This document shows, piece after piece, positions 50,059 to 62,744 of a DNA stretch of 64,000 nucleotides. Position 1 is the first letter of the stretch. Every line of letters begins with the position of its first letter. Under the pieces are notes generated by a model. It was not told the DNA's origin. It did not search any database and saw nothing but the letters and a program-made list of their open reading frames with translations. The DNA comes from Nitrospinaceae bacterium. GTDB lineage: Bacteria; Nitrospinota; Nitrospinia; Nitrospinales; Nitrospinaceae. A program made the translations under genes and the position numbers. The stretch lies in NCBI GenBank assembly GCA_965237905.1, contig OZ250172.1:1376001-1440000 (forward strand), in the 5' to 3' direction.

Positions 50059-50739
50059 TTAGGATTTACCTTTTTCGCCGCTTTCTTCTTTTTCCGCCGA
50101 CCCCACGGGTTTTTCAAAAATCTCACCTTTATAAACCCAGACTTTGATGCCGATAATCCCGTAAGTCGTCAGGGCTTCCGCCGTTCCGTAATCGATATCG
50201 GCCCGTAAGGTATGCAACGGCACCCGGCCTTCCCGGTACCATTCACTCCGGGCAATCTCATGCCCACCCAGTCGGCCGGAACAGCGAATTTTAATGCCCA
50301 ACGCCCCAAACCGCAGAGAGGACTGAACACTCTTTTTCATGGCCCGCCGAAATGAAATTCGTTTTTCCAACTGCAGGGCGATGTTCTGCGCCACCAGACT
50401 GGCATCCAATTCAGCCCGTCGGATTTCCTTGATGTTCAGGTTCACCTGTTTGCCGCCGATGATGCGTTGCAGTTCTTCCTTCAACCGGTCCACTTCCAGC
50501 CCCTTTTTACCGATGATGATCCCCGGCCGGGCGGTGTGGATGTTGATGCGAATCCGGTTGGCGGAACGCTCAATTCCCAGGTTGGCGATTCCTGCATGGG
50601 ACAGATTTTCCCTCAGAAAATTCCGGATCTTGATATCTTCCTGAAGCAGTTCCGGGAAATCCCTTTTACCAAACCAATTGGATTTCCAAGGCTTGTTGAT
50701 TCCCAATCTAAATCCGTACGGATGTACTTTTTGTCCCAC
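50059..50739 (-). CDS. rpsC: 30S ribosomal protein S3
   Basis: [33 protein letters not shown]. Confidence 0.97.
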   Translation of the reverse strand: MGQKVHPYGFRLGINKPWKSNWFGKRDFPELLQEDIKIRNFLRENLSHAGIANLGIERSANRIRINIHTARPGIIIGKKGLEVDRLKEELQRIIGGKQVNLNIKEIRRAELDASLVAQNIALQLEKRISFRRAMKKSVQSSLRFGALGIKIRCSGRLGGHEIARSEWYREGRVPLHTLRADIDYGTAEALTTYGIIGIKVWVYKGEIFEKPVGSAEKEESGEKGKS

Positions 50740-50754
50740 GCAATTCCTCCGAAT

Positions 50755-51090
50755 CTATTTTTCGTTCAGCACGATGGTCACGTGACTGGTTCGTTTCTTG
50801 ATGAGGTTGGACATTCCCCGCGCCCGGGGCATCTGGCGTTTCCAGGCCGCTCCCTCATCCACCGTAATCTTTTTGACGACCATATCTTCCACATCCACCA
50901 CCTTGTGGTTTTCCTCGGCGTTGGCCAACGCCGATTTCAACAGCGCCTGAATTTGACGGGCGGCTTTTTTACGCGTGAAGGTGAGCACATTCATTGCCTC
51001 CGTCACGTTTTTACCGCGAATCATATCGGCCACCAACCGGGCTTTCCGGGGTGCCAAGCGTACATGTCTCAATCGTGCCTTCACGTCCAT
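50755..51090 (-). CDS. rplV: 50S ribosomal protein L22
   Basis: PRKARLVADMIRG, SALANA, PRARG...KRTSH; alternative TTG start at 51099. Confidence 0.96.
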   Translation of the reverse strand: MDVKARLRHVRLAPRKARLVADMIRGKNVTEAMNVLTFTRKKAARQIQALLKSALANAEENHKVVDVEDMVVKKITVDEGAAWKRQMPRARGMSNLIKKRTSHVTIVLNEK

Positions 51091-51112
51091 ATCTAACAAT
51101 TAACCTCTCTCA

Positions 51113-51400
51113 TCAGCCTTTAGGCGGTGCAGCCTTTTTGGTTTTGCCGCTGTGCGCCCGGAAGGTCCGGGTGGGAGAAAATTCTCCCAGCTTGTGGCCC
51201 ACCATGTTCTCGGTAACAAACACGGGAATAAACTTTTTCCCGTTATGCACCCCCAGGGTATGGCCGACGAAATCCGGCGAAATGGTCGAGCGACGCGACC
51301 AGGTCTTCACAATCTTTTTGTCATTTTTCTGGTTCAACGATTCGATTTTGTTCTGCAGGGAATCGTCTATAAACGGTCCTTTTTTCAGCGATCGCGCCAT
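51113..51400 (-). CDS. rpsS: 30S ribosomal protein S19
   Basis: [25 protein letters not shown]. Confidence 0.97.
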   Translation of the reverse strand: MARSLKKGPFIDDSLQNKIESLNQKNDKKIVKTWSRRSTISPDFVGHTLGVHNGKKFIPVFVTENMVGHKLGEFSPTRTFRAHSGKTKKAAPPKG

Positions 51401-51440
51401 TCAAAAATTTCCTTAGTTGATACAACAAGTTGTTCTATGA

Positions 51441-52274
51441 TTACCGTTTCTTTTTCTTCCGGCTCAGAATGTATTTACTGGACGGCTTTTTCACTTTTCG
51501 CGTTTTGTAACCTTTGGCCGGCGTTCCCCACGGACTACAGGGGTGCCTGCCACCGGAGGAGCGTCCTTCACCACCACCCATCGGGTGATCCACCGGGTTC
51601 ATCGCCACCGCCCTTACGCGCGGCCGTTTTCCCAGCCACCGCGAACGTCCGGCTTTGCCGATGGAAACATTTTCGTGATCGGTATTTCCGACCGTTCCTA
51701 TGGTAGCCCGACACTTGACTTCCACCAGCCGGACTTCTCCAGAACCTAATTTGATATTGGCATACCGGCCTTCTTTCGCCATCAGCTGAACAGACGCTCC
51801 GGCGCTGCGGGCAATCTGCCCTCCTTTGCCCGGCCGCAATTCGATATTATGAATCAGCGTGCCTTCCGGAATCCGCTCCAGAGGAAGACAATTCCCCGCT
51901 CGCACTTCCGCTTCGGGACCGGACATCACCTGGTCTCCGGCTTTTAGTTCTTTGGGGGCGATAATGTATCGCTTCTCTCCATCCACGTAAGTCAGCAAGG
52001 CGATATGCGCCGACCGGTTCGGATCGTATTCGATTCCGGTTACTTTCGCGGGAATGCCGTCTTTGTTCCGCTTGAAATCAATCACCCGGTACAACTTACG
52101 ATGCCCGCCGCCACGGCGTTTCGCAGTAATCCGTCCGTTGTTGTTCCGTCCCCCTTTGCGGGAAATGGAAACCAACAGACTCTTTTCCGGCGTGGTCTTG
52201 GTGACTTCGGCAAAATCGGAGATGGTTTGGAACCGGACTCCGGCGGATGTTGGGTTGAGTTTACGTACGGGCAT
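51441..52274 (-). CDS. rplB: 50S ribosomal protein L2
   Basis: [31 protein letters not shown]. Confidence 0.97.
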   Translation of the reverse strand: MPVRKLNPTSAGVRFQTISDFAEVTKTTPEKSLLVSISRKGGRNNNGRITAKRRGGGHRKLYRVIDFKRNKDGIPAKVTGIEYDPNRSAHIALLTYVDGEKRYIIAPKELKAGDQVMSGPEAEVRAGNCLPLERIPEGTLIHNIELRPGKGGQIARSAGASVQLMAKEGRYANIKLGSGEVRLVEVKCRATIGTVGNTDHENVSIGKAGRSRWLGKRPRVRAVAMNPVDHPMGGGEGRSSGGRHPCSPWGTPAKGYKTRKVKKPSSKYILSRKKKKR

Positions 52275-52279
52275 ATTCT

Positions 52280-52573
52280 TTACACACCTTCAAAAAAGTC
52301 GATGCGATCCCCTTCTTTTAACAAAACGATAGCTTTCTTCCAAGCTTTGGTTTGGCCCTGATGCCGCCCGAACCGCTGGGTTTTGGGTTTGACATTGATC
52401 GTATTCACATCGAGCACGGTCACGTTGAAGACATTCTGCACCGCCTCTTTAATCTGCAATTTATTGGCGGAACGCTTCACCTGGAACATCACCCGGTTGC
52501 CATGCTCCTGCATCATGGTGCTTTTTTCCGTGATGAGGGGCTTCTCCAAAATACTGTAGTGATTGACGGCCAT
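52280..52573 (-). CDS. rplW: 50S ribosomal protein L23
   Basis: PLITEKS, ANK.QIKEAV, WKKAIV. Confidence 0.96.
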   Translation of the reverse strand: MAVNHYSILEKPLITEKSTMMQEHGNRVMFQVKRSANKLQIKEAVQNVFNVTVLDVNTINVKPKTQRFGRHQGQTKAWKKAIVLLKEGDRIDFFEGV

Positions 52574-53199
52574 CAGTTTAAACGCTCCTCAATTTTCTTG
52601 ATGGACTCAGGCGTACACACGATCGTTTCGTGATGCAGAAGATCAAACACATTGAGCCCGTCCACCGGCAACACATCCGTGTTCGGCAGATTGCGTACCG
52701 CTAATTCCAGATTCTTGTCTTTTTCCGCCACCACAAACAAAGTTCTCGGCGGCAACCCCAGCTTCTTGATCAATTCCACCGCCGCCTTGGTTTTGGGTTC
52801 CGAAAGTGTCAGGCTTTCCACCACCTGCAGGCCGTTGTTGCGGGCCCGCTCCGTCAACACGGACTTGAGCGCAAGTTTTTTGGATTTTTTGGACAACTTG
52901 AAAGCGTAACTTCTCGGCGAGGGCCCGAAGACCGTCATTCCGCCACGCCAGAGCGGAGAACGCGAACTTCCCGCGCGCGCGCGACCGGTGCCTTTCTGTT
53001 TCCAGGGCTTCTTACCACCGCCGCGCACTTCGCCGCGGTTGCCGATGGTGGAAGCTGATCCACTCCGTCGAGCCGCCTGCTGCAGGGAGACATATTCTTT
53101 CACCAGATGCGCCCGAACCTTGACATCAAATACTTCAGGCGACAGGGGAACGGTCCCTACTTTTTTCTTATCTAAATTAATTAAATCCAAATCCGGCAT
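52573..53199 (-). CDS. rplD: 50S ribosomal protein L4
   Basis: KPWKQKGTGRARAGS, FGP.PR. Confidence 0.97.
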   Translation of the reverse strand: MPDLDLINLDKKKVGTVPLSPEVFDVKVRAHLVKEYVSLQQAARRSGSASTIGNRGEVRGGGKKPWKQKGTGRARAGSSRSPLWRGGMTVFGPSPRSYAFKLSKKSKKLALKSVLTERARNNGLQVVESLTLSEPKTKAAVELIKKLGLPPRTLFVVAEKDKNLELAVRNLPNTDVLPVDGLNVFDLLHHETIVCTPESIKKIEERLN

Positions 53200-53211
53200 G
53201 ATTGGTTCTTT

Positions 53212-53865
53212 CTATCCTTTACTTTTTGATCCGGGTCTTTGAAGTATCCGGACGATACCGCCGTTGGCTCCTGGAACGGAGCCTTTCAGCAAAACAATAT
53301 TATTTCCAGCATCCACGCGAACGACCTGAATATTTTTGGCGTAGATCTGGTCTCCGCCCATGCGCCCCGGCATGGGATGTCCCTTGAGCACGCGCCCCGG
53401 ATAGGTCGCCATACCGATCGACCCGGCACCTCGAAACGATTCATGGTTACCGCGGGAGGCCGGGTGGCCGCCAAACCCATGGCGCTTCATGACTCCGGCA
53501 AATCCTTTGCCTTTGGAGACTCCGACCACGTTCACCCGTTCACCTTCCTTGAACATTTCCACGCTCAAGGGTTTTCCCATTTCTTCATCGTCGACTGCCA
53601 TGCTCCGGAATTCGGCTAACAGTTGGGCGGGGTCCCTCTTAAGCTGACTGTAAACTCCCTGCATCGGCTTGTTGGTATGCTTGACTTTGCGCTTGCCGTA
53701 AGCCATCAACACTGCCTCGTACCCGTTCTTCTCCTGGGTCCGCTTTAAAACCGGAACGCAGTCTTCCACCTGGATCACGGTGACACAAACACAATCGCCC
53801 TTTTCCGTAAACACCTGGGTCATTCCGACTTTTTTTCCCAACAAACCATTCATTGCAATACTCAT
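53212..53865 (-). CDS. rplC: 50S ribosomal protein L3
   Basis: GKKVGMTQ, SKGKGFAG..KRHGF, MPGRMG, KGSVPG. Confidence 0.97.
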   Translation of the reverse strand: MSIAMNGLLGKKVGMTQVFTEKGDCVCVTVIQVEDCVPVLKRTQEKNGYEAVLMAYGKRKVKHTNKPMQGVYSQLKRDPAQLLAEFRSMAVDDEEMGKPLSVEMFKEGERVNVVGVSKGKGFAGVMKRHGFGGHPASRGNHESFRGAGSIGMATYPGRVLKGHPMPGRMGGDQIYAKNIQVVRVDAGNNIVLLKGSVPGANGGIVRILQRPGSKSKG

Positions 53866-54173
53866 TAGAGTTTGATTTCAATATCCACGCCGCCGGACAA
53901 ATCCAGCTTCATAAGCGCATCCACCGTTTGCGGGGTGGGCTCGAGAATTTCAAGAATCCGTTTATGAGTCCTTATCTCGAACTGCTCTCTTGATTTTTTG
54001 TCGACGTGTGGGGACCGAAGCACGGTCCACTTGTTTCGGACTGTCGGCAAGGGAATGGGCCCCACTACCCGCGCGCCAGTACGCTTGGTGGTTTCCACGA
54101 TTTCTCCCACCGACCAGTCGAGAAGCTTGTGGTCGTAAGCCTTCAGTTTGATTTTGATTTTTTGATCGCTCAT
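53865..54173 (-). CDS. rpsJ: 30S ribosomal protein S10
   Basis: [26 protein letters not shown]. Confidence 0.97.
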   Translation of the reverse strand: MSDQKIKIKLKAYDHKLLDWSVGEIVETTKRTGARVVGPIPLPTVRNKWTVLRSPHVDKKSREQFEIRTHKRILEILEPTPQTVDALMKLDLSGGVDIEIKL

Positions 54174-55363
54174 TATTCCGTAATCTCACTGACGATTCCC
54201 GCGCCTACGGTGCGGCCGCCTTCACGAATCGCGAAACGCAATTCCTTGGCCATCGCCACTTCGGTGATCAATGCCACTTCAAAGGTGACGTTATCGCCGG
54301 GCATGACCATTTCGACGCCGCCGGGCAGGGTCACCACACCGGTGACGTCCGTGGTCCGGAAATAAAACTGCGGTCGGTAACCGTTAAAGAACGGCGTGTG
54401 CCGTCCACCTTCGTCCTTCGTCAGAATATACACTTCCGCTTTAAACTTTTTGTGCGGAGTGATCGATCCAGCCTTGGCGAGAACCTGTCCACGCTCAATG
54501 TCTTCCCGCTTGGTGCCGCGCAGAAGCAGACCGACGTTGTCACCCGCTTGCCCGTCATCGAGCAGTTTGCGGAACATTTCGACACCGGTGACGGTAGTTT
54601 TCGTGGTCGGACGGAATCCGACGATTTCCACTTCTTCACCGACTTTGATGACGCCCGTTTCGATACGGCCCGTTGCCACGGTACCGCGACCGGAGATACT
54701 GAAGATATCTTCGATCGGCATCAGGAACGGCTTGTCGACCGGACGCTCGGGAACCGGAATGTACTCATCCACCGCATCCATCAATTCCTGAACACTCTTG
54801 CTCTTTTCAGCATCGTCCGCGTTCTCCAGAGCCTGCAGGGCGCTGCCGCGGATGACGGGAATGTCGTCTCCGGGAAATTCATATTTGCTCAACAGTTCGC
54901 GCACTTCCAGCTCAACCAGGTCGAGCAATTCTTCATCATCCACCATGTCGCATTTATTCATGAACACGACGATCTTAGGCACACCGACCTGGCGGGCGAG
55001 CAGGATATGCTCACGCGTCTGCGGCATGGGGCCGTCGGAGGCGCTGATAACCAGGATCGCACCGTCCATCTGCGCGGCGCCGGTGATCATATTCTTAACA
55101 TAGTCCGCGTGACCGGGGCAGTCGACGTGCGCGTAATGCCGTTTTTCGGTTTGATACTCAACGTGGGCGATGGCGATGGTGATGCCGCGCTCTTTTTCTT
55201 CCGGCGCCTTATCGATCTGATCGAAAGCGATACTCTCAGCGAGCCCTTTTTTGGATAAAACTTCGGTGATGGCCGCTGTGAGCGTAGTTTTCCCGTGGTC
55301 TACGTGTCCAATGGTTCCTATATTGAGATGCGGTTTGTCTCTCACGAATTTTTCTTTAGCCAT
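54173..55363 (-). CDS. tuf: Elongation factor Tu
   Basis: [29 protein letters not shown]. Confidence 0.98.
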   Translation of the reverse strand: MAKEKFVRDKPHLNIGTIGHVDHGKTTLTAAITEVLSKKGLAESIAFDQIDKAPEEKERGITIAIAHVEYQTEKRHYAHVDCPGHADYVKNMITGAAQMDGAILVISASDGPMPQTREHILLARQVGVPKIVVFMNKCDMVDDEELLDLVELEVRELLSKYEFPGDDIPVIRGSALQALENADDAEKSKSVQELMDAVDEYIPVPERPVDKPFLMPIEDIFSISGRGTVATGRIETGVIKVGEEVEIVGFRPTTKTTVTGVEMFRKLLDDGQAGDNVGLLLRGTKREDIERGQVLAKAGSITPHKKFKAEVYILTKDEGGRHTPFFNGYRPQFYFRTTDVTGVVTLPGGVEMVMPGDNVTFEVALITEVAMAKELRFAIREGGRTVGAGIVSEITE

Positions 55364-55426
55364 ACCAGTTCACTCCGTTTTTTTGTCCAATCTCAGTTTG
55401 TTTATAATGGGGTTTAAATTTTAATT

Positions 55427-57532
55427 TTATGCCGGAACCTCACTAGAGGTTCCTTTGGATTTGGCAATCAGTTCCTCAGCAATACTGTTGGGAACGACAT
55501 CGTACTTCGAAAATTCCATACTATAGTTGGCCCGACCCTGGGTCGCCGACCGTAAATCCGTCGAATATCCAAACATCCCAGCGAGTGGGGCTTCCGCGCG
55601 AATCACTTTGGCACCCGCGCGATCGCTCAATTCTTTCACTTTACCGCGCTTGGAACTCAAGTTACCAATTACATCGCCCATAAACTCTTCAGGGGTCACC
55701 ACTTCAACTTCCATGATGGGTTCCAGCAGAACGGGGCTCGCCTTTTTGCAGGCTTCCTGAAACGCAATGGACGCACAGATTTTGAACGCCATCTCCGAGG
55801 AATCCACCTCGTGATACGACCCGTCTTTCAGGGTGACCCGCACATCGACCACGGAATACCCGCAGAGGATACCGCGGTCCATCGCTTCCGTAATCCCCTT
55901 TTGAACCGCAGGGATATATTCCCTGGGAATGGATCCACCGACAATCTTGTTGACAAACTCGAAGCCTTCTCCGGCCTCGCGGGGCTCCACATAAATTTCC
56001 ACATGCCCGTACTGACCGCGGCCACCGGACTGCTTGACGTATTTGAAATCGTGTTCCACCGCTTTGGTGATGGTTTCCCTGAACGCCACCTGAGGCTTGG
56101 AGACGTTGACGTCCAACGAAAACTCCCGCCGCATGCGATCCACCAGAATCTCCAGATGGAGTTCGCCCATTCCGGAAATAACGGTTTGGTTGGTTTCGGG
56201 ATCGACTTTAACTTCGAAGGTGGGGTCTTCCTGCTGAAGCTTAATGAGACAATCGGAAAGCTTGTCCTGCTCGGGTTTGGATTTGGGTTCGATGGCTACA
56301 GAAATGACGGGTTGGGGGAAGGTAATAGCTTCCAGTACCACTGGCTTGTCTTCCGGGCAAAGCGTGTCACCGGTAAAAGTCTTTTTAAAACCGACGGCCG
56401 CGGCAATATCCCCGGCGCTGACAGATTTGACCTCCTCGCGTTTGTTGGAATGCATCCGCAACAAACGCCCGATACGTTCCCGCACGTTTTTGGTGGAGTT
56501 GTAAATATAGGAACCGCTCGTGAGCTCTCCAGAATACACCCGGAAAAAGGCCAACTGCCCAACAAAGGGATCGGTCATGATCTTGAACGCCAACGCGGAC
56601 ACCGGTTCCTTGGAATCGGCTTTGCGGGTCACTTCTTCCTGTGTGTTGGGATTGATTCCCTTGATTGCCGGCACATCGAGCGGGGAGGGTAAATACGCAG
56701 GGACCGCATCCAGCAGTTGCTGAACGCCCTTGTTCTTGAAAGAGGCCCCACACAGAATCGGCGTGAACTTCAATTCAAGAGTTCCCTTACGGATCGCGGC
56801 TTTGATTGCCTCGACAGAGACGTCCTCTCCGCCCAAATATTTTTCCATAATGCTTTCATCCATATCGGAAGCGGCCTCCATCAGCTTTTCCCGGTACTCC
56901 GCCACTTCGTCCGCCATATTATCCGGAATCGGCGTTTCTTCGAAAATCTCCCCTTTGGGGTTGTCCTTCTCCGGATACACGTAGGCCTTCATTTCCACCA
57001 AATCCACCAGTCCGATGAAATCACTTTCGGCGCCGATCGGCAACTGCAGAGGCACGGGATTAGCGCTCAACCGTTCCTTCATCTGGTTGACGCAACCCAC
57101 AAAGTTGGCTCCGGCACGGTCCATTTTATTAACGAAGCCAATTCGCGGCACATGATATTTGGTGGCCTGCCGCCAAACCGTTTCCGACTGAGGTTCCACC
57201 CCGCCGACCGCGCAGAACACACCAATGGCGCCGTCCAAGACGCGCAGGGAACGCTCCACTTCTGCAGTAAAATCCACATGACCCGGGGTGTCGATGATGT
57301 TGACCTGATGATCATTCCAGAAACAAGTGGTGGCAGCGGACGTAATGGTGATTCCCCGCTCCTGCTCTTGCTCCATCCAGTCCATGGTGGCGTTGCCATC
57401 ATGCACCTCACCCATCTTGTGACTTTTACCCGTGTAATACAGAATCCGTTCGGTGGTTGTAGTTTTCCCGGCATCGATATGCGCGATAATCCCTATATTC
57501 CGAATTTTTTCCAGACTGATTTTTTTACTCAT
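55427..57532 (-). CDS. fusA: Elongation factor G
   Basis: [41 protein letters not shown]. Confidence 0.98.
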   Translation of the reverse strand: MSKKISLEKIRNIGIIAHIDAGKTTTTERILYYTGKSHKMGEVHDGNATMDWMEQEQERGITITSAATTCFWNDHQVNIIDTPGHVDFTAEVERSLRVLDGAIGVFCAVGGVEPQSETVWRQATKYHVPRIGFVNKMDRAGANFVGCVNQMKERLSANPVPLQLPIGAESDFIGLVDLVEMKAYVYPEKDNPKGEIFEETPIPDNMADEVAEYREKLMEAASDMDESIMEKYLGGEDVSVEAIKAAIRKGTLELKFTPILCGASFKNKGVQQLLDAVPAYLPSPLDVPAIKGINPNTQEEVTRKADSKEPVSALAFKIMTDPFVGQLAFFRVYSGELTSGSYIYNSTKNVRERIGRLLRMHSNKREEVKSVSAGDIAAAVGFKKTFTGDTLCPEDKPVVLEAITFPQPVISVAIEPKSKPEQDKLSDCLIKLQQEDPTFEVKVDPETNQTVISGMGELHLEILVDRMRREFSLDVNVSKPQVAFRETITKAVEHDFKYVKQSGGRGQYGHVEIYVEPREAGEGFEFVNKIVGGSIPREYIPAVQKGITEAMDRGILCGYSVVDVRVTLKDGSYHEVDSSEMAFKICASIAFQEACKKASPVLLEPIMEVEVVTPEEFMGDVIGNLSSKRGKVKELSDRAGAKVIRAEAPLAGMFGYSTDLRSATQGRANYSMEFSKYDVVPNSIAEELIAKSKGTSSEVPA

Positions 57533-57550
57533 AATCCCTTAGACCAAAAA

Positions 57551-58024
57551 TTACCAGCGATAATGCGCAAACGCTTTGTTGGCCTCGGCCATGCGGTGCA
57601 CGTCTTCTTTTTTACGAATAGCTCCCCCCGTATTATTGAAAGCGTCGAGCAGTTCTCCGGTCAACTTGTCCGCCATCGTTCTACCCGCACGCGCCTTGGC
57701 ATGAGCGATCATCCAACGAATACTCAAAGCCTGGCGACGGCTCCGGCTGACTTCCACCGGAACCTGATAGGTGGCCCCACCGACACGGCGTGACCTGACT
57801 TCCAAAACGGGAGCCGCGTTATCGATCGCCTTCTTAAAGACATCCAACGCCGACTCGTCCTTGAGTTTCTCTCCGATATTGTCCAGCGCGGTATACAACA
57901 CCCGTTCCGCCAGACTTTTTTTTCCTTTTTTCAGCAAATTATTGATGAACCGGGCCACCAGAATATCGTTAAACTTGGGATCGGGTAAAATCTGCCGCTT
58001 GTCCGCTTCTCGTCTTCGTGCCAT
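57551..58024 (-). CDS. rpsG: 30S ribosomal protein S7
   Basis: [26 protein letters not shown]. Confidence 0.97.
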   Translation of the reverse strand: MARRREADKRQILPDPKFNDILVARFINNLLKKGKKSLAERVLYTALDNIGEKLKDESALDVFKKAIDNAAPVLEVRSRRVGGATYQVPVEVSRSRRQALSIRWMIAHAKARAGRTMADKLTGELLDAFNNTGGAIRKKEDVHRMAEANKAFAHYRW

Positions 58025-58041
58025 AAATTACAACTTTCCAA

Positions 58042-58419
58042 TCAATTCTGTTTAGGCTTTTTAGCCCCGTATTTAGAACGGGATTGCTTTCGATTATCGA
58101 CACCCAAGGTATCCAGACTGCCTCGCACCACATGATACCGGACCCCGGGAAGATCCTTAACCCGGCCCCCGCGAATCAAAACAATGGAATGCTCCTGGAG
58201 ATTATGCCCCACTCCAGGGATATAGGTGGTCACTTCCATCCCGTTGGTCAAACGCACACGGGCGACCTTTCTCAGGGCCGAATTCGGCTTTTTGGGGGTC
58301 GATGTGTACACCCGAACGCAGACCCCTCTTTTTTGGGGGCACTGCTTCAAAGCCGGACTGGCTGTCTTCACTTCCGGACTTTTACGGCCCGTTTTGACTA
58401 GCTGATTTATAGTCGGCAA
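58042..58419 (-). CDS. rpsL: 30S ribosomal protein S12
   Basis: [27 protein letters not shown] start. Confidence 0.97.
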   Translation of the reverse strand: MPTINQLVKTGRKSPEVKTASPALKQCPQKRGVCVRVYTSTPKKPNSALRKVARVRLTNGMEVTTYIPGVGHNLQEHSIVLIRGGRVKDLPGVRYHVVRGSLDTLGVDNRKQSRSKYGAKKPKQN

Positions 58420-58533
58420 AATATACCTCTCTACTCAAGGGTTTCCCACCAAATACGGGAACCCCATACTTACAAAACACATTGATTTTGTTGGCGTTTT
58501 TAGATTATGCTTCCAGCAAACGGAAAGCTTTGA

Positions 58534-58561
58534 ATTTTAACACTTAACGTGCCGGAGTCAA
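58534..58561 (-). promoter_or_regulatory. Candidate str-operon promoter
   Basis: TTGACT-N16-TAAAAT with a TG extension, upstream of rpsL. Confidence 0.55.
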
Positions 58562-58577
58562 GGGCAAATTTCTAATT

Positions 58578-61500
58578 TTATTCCACTGGCGCGGTCGCTT
58601 CTTCTTCCGGTTTTTTCTCTTCCACCTCTTCAATTTCCGGTTCTTCGATCCGGATGCCGCTGTAGGCCTGGCAACCGGTACCTGCGGGAATCAATCGCCC
58701 CATAATGACATTTTCTTTCAATCCAACCAGCCGATCTTCTTTGCCGCTGACAGCCACCTCGGTCAGTACCCGGGTGGTCTCCTGGAACGACGCCGCGGAG
58801 ATGAAGCTTTCCGTACTGAGGGAGGATTTGGTGATCCCCAACAGAACGGGCATGCCCTGAGCCGGTTTGGATTTGTTTTTAATCGCTGCCTGATTCTTGG
58901 TATTAAAAACCTTCTTGGTGACCTGTTCACCTACCAGAAGGTCGGTCTCTCCGGGATCTTCCACCTGCAAATGCCTGAGCATCTGCCGCACGATGATCTC
59001 GATATGCTTGTCGTTAATGGTAACGCCCTGCAAGCGATACACTTCCTGCACTTCATTCACCAAATATTTCTGCAGTTCATTTTCACCCAGAATGCGGAGA
59101 ATATCGTGCGGGTTGGAGGCTCCATCCATCAACGGTTCGCCGGCCAGCACATCGTCGTCTTCATGGACATTGATGTGCTTTCCGCGCGGGATGAGATACT
59201 CCCGCTCTTCACCGCTATCACTAACGACCACGACCTTGCGCATTCCTTTGACGAATCCGCCAAACTTGACCTTACCATCGATTTCGGTAATGGTGGCCTG
59301 CTCGTGAGGTTTCCGCGCTTCAAACAACTCCGCGACGCGGGGCAGACCACCGGTGATGTCTTTGGTCTTGGCCGACTCACGCGGAATCTTAACAATGACG
59401 TCGCCGGCATTGATCTTGTCGCCCTCGTTTACATTAATATGGGCGCCTGCGGGAAGGAGGTACCTTCGAATCGTCTCACCTTTATCATCCTTGATCGAAA
59501 TTCGGGGCTGTTTCTTCTCGTCCCGATGACTGATGATAATCTTGGAGGACAGTCCAGTGATTTCGTCGAAATCCTCTTTCATGGTCAAACCTTCAACCAC
59601 ATCGCCGAACGCGATGGTGCCATCCACTTCCGTCAAAATGGAGTTGGTATAAGGATCCCATTCCACCAGGATCTGACTTTCCTGAACTTCCTGGCCATCA
59701 GCCACTTTCAGCTTGGCGGCATAAACGATGGAATATTTCTCCTTTTCACGCCCATTCTCATCCTGAATCAACAGATGCCCGTTACGATTCATAACAATAA
59801 TTTCGCCGCGCTGGTTTTTAATGGTGCGCAACCCTGCATATTTGACAATCCCACCTTTTTTAGTGCTCAGCGTGGTCTGCTCTACCACCCGGCTGGCTGT
59901 ACCACCGATATGGAACGTACGCATGGTCAGCTGGGTTCCGGGCTCACCGATGGATTGCGCGGCGATAACTCCAACCGGCTCGCCGATTTCAGCCCAGTCG
60001 TTGGTAGCCATATTCCGACCGTAACATTTAGCGCACAAACCCTGATGCGATTCGCATGTCAGGTTGGACCGAATCCGTACCTTTTCGATACCCGCATTTT
60101 CGATGATCTCAATCGCTTCTTCATCGATCATGGAGTTGGCCTTGATCAACACGGTGTCGGTAAACGGATCGACAATATCTTCCAAAGCGGTTCGTCCCAA
60201 AATACGCTCAGACAAGGGCTGGATAATTTCTCCCGCTTCCACAAGCGAAAAGATATCAATGCCGCGCAAAGTCCCACAATCGTCTTCCAGAATAATGATG
60301 TCCTGCGCCACATCCACCAGACGCCGCGTCAGGTAACCGGAGTTTGCGGTTTTAAGCGCTGTATCCGCCAACCCTTTCCGCGCACCATGCGTAGAGATAA
60401 AATACTGAATTACTGACAACCCTTCACGAAAATTCGCGGTAATGGGGGTTTCGATAATTTCACCGGAGGGCTTGGCCATCAAACCGCGCATTCCAGCCAA
60501 CTGCCGCAACTGCTGGGAACTGCCGCGGGCGCCGGAATCGGCCATAATGAAAATGGAGTTGAAGTCTTTCTTATCTTCACCTTTAACGATCCGCTCGTCT
60601 TCGGTTTCCAGTTCCCGGAACATTTCATCGGAAACTTTCTCGGTGACGTGCGCCCAAATGTCAATTACCTTGTTATAACGTTCGCCGTTGGTGATCAAAC
60701 CGTCGCGGTACTGCTTGTACACTTTCAGCACCTCGTCCTCGGCTTTCTGGACCAGTGATACTTTTGCTTTCGGAATCCGCATGTGGTCAATGGAGATGGA
60801 AAGACCGGCTTCGGTGGCGTACTTGAATCCCAATTCCTTAACGGCATCCAGAAGCGCAACCGTCTTTTCCCGCCCAACTTCTTTGAACGAGACACCAATC
60901 AATTCGGAAAGGGATTTTTTGTTCATCTCCTGGTTGACCAGAGAAAAAGGCAACTCTTTCGGTGTCACTTCATATAGAAGGATCCGGCCAGTAGTGGTCA
61001 CTTCCAGTTGACCGTTCAGCTGGATCATGATCCGAGCCTGCAAATCCAATTCATCATGGTCATACGCCATACGAACTTCCCTGAGCCCGGAAAACACTTT
61101 TCCTTCCCCGCGCGCGCCGCCGCGGATTTTGGTCATATAGTAACCGCCCAGAACGATATCCTGACTGGGCACGGCGATGGGTCGTCCGTTGGAGGGTGAC
61201 AACACGTTGTTGTGCGCCATCATGAGTAGCTTGGCTTCCACCTGCGCTTCCATGGACAACGGTACATGCACCGCCATCTGGTCGCCATCGAAATCCGCGT
61301 TGAAGGCGGTGCACACCAGCGGATGAACGCGGATGGCCTTGCCTTCGATCAGAATGGGCTCGAATGCCTGGATACCCAGACGATGCAAGGTGGGAGCGCG
61401 GTTCAAGAGAATGGGATGCTTCTGAACCACTTCCTCCAGCACCTCCCATACTTCGGAACGCTCCTGCTCCACCATTTTTTTGGCGGTTTTGATGGTAGAG

Positions 61501-62669
61501 GCATAACCTTTTTGCTCCAGCCGGTTGAAGATGAACGGCTTGAACAGTTCCAGCGCCATTTTCTTGGGCAATCCGCACTGATGCAGTTTCAACTCAGGAC
61601 CCACCACGATAACGGAACGCCCGGAATAATCCACGCGTTTCCCCAACAGGTTCTGCCGGAAACGGCCCTGCTTGCCCTTAAGCATGTCACTCAGAGATTT
61701 CAAGGGACGCTTGTTGGTTCCACGCAGGGTACGACCGCGCCGGCCGTTGTCAAACAAAGCCGAAACGGCTTCCTGCAACATACGTTTTTCGTTGCGGATG
61801 ATGATCTGCGGCGCTTTCAGTTCCTGCAGGCGTTTCAACCGGTTATTTCGGTTGATGACGCGGCGGTACAAATCATTGAGATCGGAGGTCGCAAATCGGC
61901 CGCCATCCAGGGGGACCAGAGGACGCAGTTCCGGTGGAATGACCGGGACGACTTGCAGAATCATCCATTCCGGTTTGTTTCCGGATTTACGGAACGCTTC
62001 GACAATTTTCAACCGCTTCGAAAATTTACGCTTATTCAGAACGGAGGCGGTTTTGAGCAGATCCTCCTGCAATTTGGCCGCTAACGCATCGAGGTCCAGG
62101 TTCTTCAACAGCTCCATCACCGCTTCGGAACCGACCATGGTTTTCAATCTGTGCGGAAATTCAATTTCCGCTTCCCGGTATTCCGCTTCCGTCAGCAGTT
62201 GACCTTCTTTAAAGTCGGATTCACCGGGATCGATCACCACATAGTTTTCAAAATAGATGATGCGTTCCAGCTCTTTAAGGCTGAGGTCCAAGATATGACC
62301 GATCCGGCTGGGCAGTCCCTTGAAAAACCAGATATGGGCTACGGGGCTGGCGAGCTCGATATGGCCCAGCCGCTCCCGGCGCACTTTGGACAGGATGACT
62401 TCGACTCCGCATTTTTCACAAATAACTCCCTTGTGTTTCATGCGTTTATATTTACCGCAATTGCATTCCCAGTCCTTTACCGGACCAAAAATCTTGGCGC
62501 AGAACAACCCGTCCCGTTCCGGCTTGAAGGTCCGGTAATTGATAGTCTCGGGTTTCTTGACTTCACCGTAGGACCAGGACCGGATTTTCCCCGGAGAGGC
62601 CAGTCGGATGCGCATGGCATCAAACATAATCGGATTTTTGGGTTTTTCAAAAAAATTCAGGTTATCCAC
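58578..62669 (-). CDS. rpoC: RNA polymerase subunit beta'
   Basis: NADFDGD catalytic motif, Zn finger, [13 protein letters not shown]. Confidence 0.98.
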   Translation of the reverse strand: MDNLNFFEKPKNPIMFDAMRIRLASPGKIRSWSYGEVKKPETINYRTFKPERDGLFCAKIFGPVKDWECNCGKYKRMKHKGVICEKCGVEVILSKVRRERLGHIELASPVAHIWFFKGLPSRIGHILDLSLKELERIIYFENYVVIDPGESDFKEGQLLTEAEYREAEIEFPHRLKTMVGSEAVMELLKNLDLDALAAKLQEDLLKTASVLNKRKFSKRLKIVEAFRKSGNKPEWMILQVVPVIPPELRPLVPLDGGRFATSDLNDLYRRVINRNNRLKRLQELKAPQIIIRNEKRMLQEAVSALFDNGRRGRTLRGTNKRPLKSLSDMLKGKQGRFRQNLLGKRVDYSGRSVIVVGPELKLHQCGLPKKMALELFKPFIFNRLEQKGYASTIKTAKKMVEQERSEVWEVLEEVVQKHPILLNRAPTLHRLGIQAFEPILIEGKAIRVHPLVCTAFNADFDGDQMAVHVPLSMEAQVEAKLLMMAHNNVLSPSNGRPIAVPSQDIVLGGYYMTKIRGGARGEGKVFSGLREVRMAYDHDELDLQARIMIQLNGQLEVTTTGRILLYEVTPKELPFSLVNQEMNKKSLSELIGVSFKEVGREKTVALLDAVKELGFKYATEAGLSISIDHMRIPKAKVSLVQKAEDEVLKVYKQYRDGLITNGERYNKVIDIWAHVTEKVSDEMFRELETEDERIVKGEDKKDFNSIFIMADSGARGSSQQLRQLAGMRGLMAKPSGEIIETPITANFREGLSVIQYFISTHGARKGLADTALKTANSGYLTRRLVDVAQDIIILEDDCGTLRGIDIFSLVEAGEIIQPLSERILGRTALEDIVDPFTDTVLIKANSMIDEEAIEIIENAGIEKVRIRSNLTCESHQGLCAKCYGRNMATNDWAEIGEPVGVIAAQSIGEPGTQLTMRTFHIGGTASRVVEQTTLSTKKGGIVKYAGLRTIKNQRGEIIVMNRNGHLLIQDENGREKEKYSIVYAAKLKVADGQEVQESQILVEWDPYTNSILTEVDGTIAFGDVVEGLTMKEDFDEITGLSSKIIISHRDEKKQPRISIKDDKGETIRRYLLPAGAHINVNEGDKINAGDVIVKIPRESAKTKDITGGLPRVAELFEARKPHEQATITEIDGKVKFGGFVKGMRKVVVVSDSGEEREYLIPRGKHINVHEDDDVLAGEPLMDGASNPHDILRILGENELQKYLVNEVQEVYRLQGVTINDKHIEIIVRQMLRHLQVEDPGETDLLVGEQVTKKVFNTKNQAAIKNKSKPAQGMPVLLGITKSSLSTESFISAASFQETTRVLTEVAVSGKEDRLVGLKENVIMGRLIPAGTGCQAYSGIRIEEPEIEEVEEKKPEEEATAPVE

Positions 62670-62744
62670 AAGCGTGGTCTCCTAAAATAAAGTTTATAGA
62701 AATAAGACCCAATAAACTTGAGCCGCCTGCTAAGGCGTGATCGC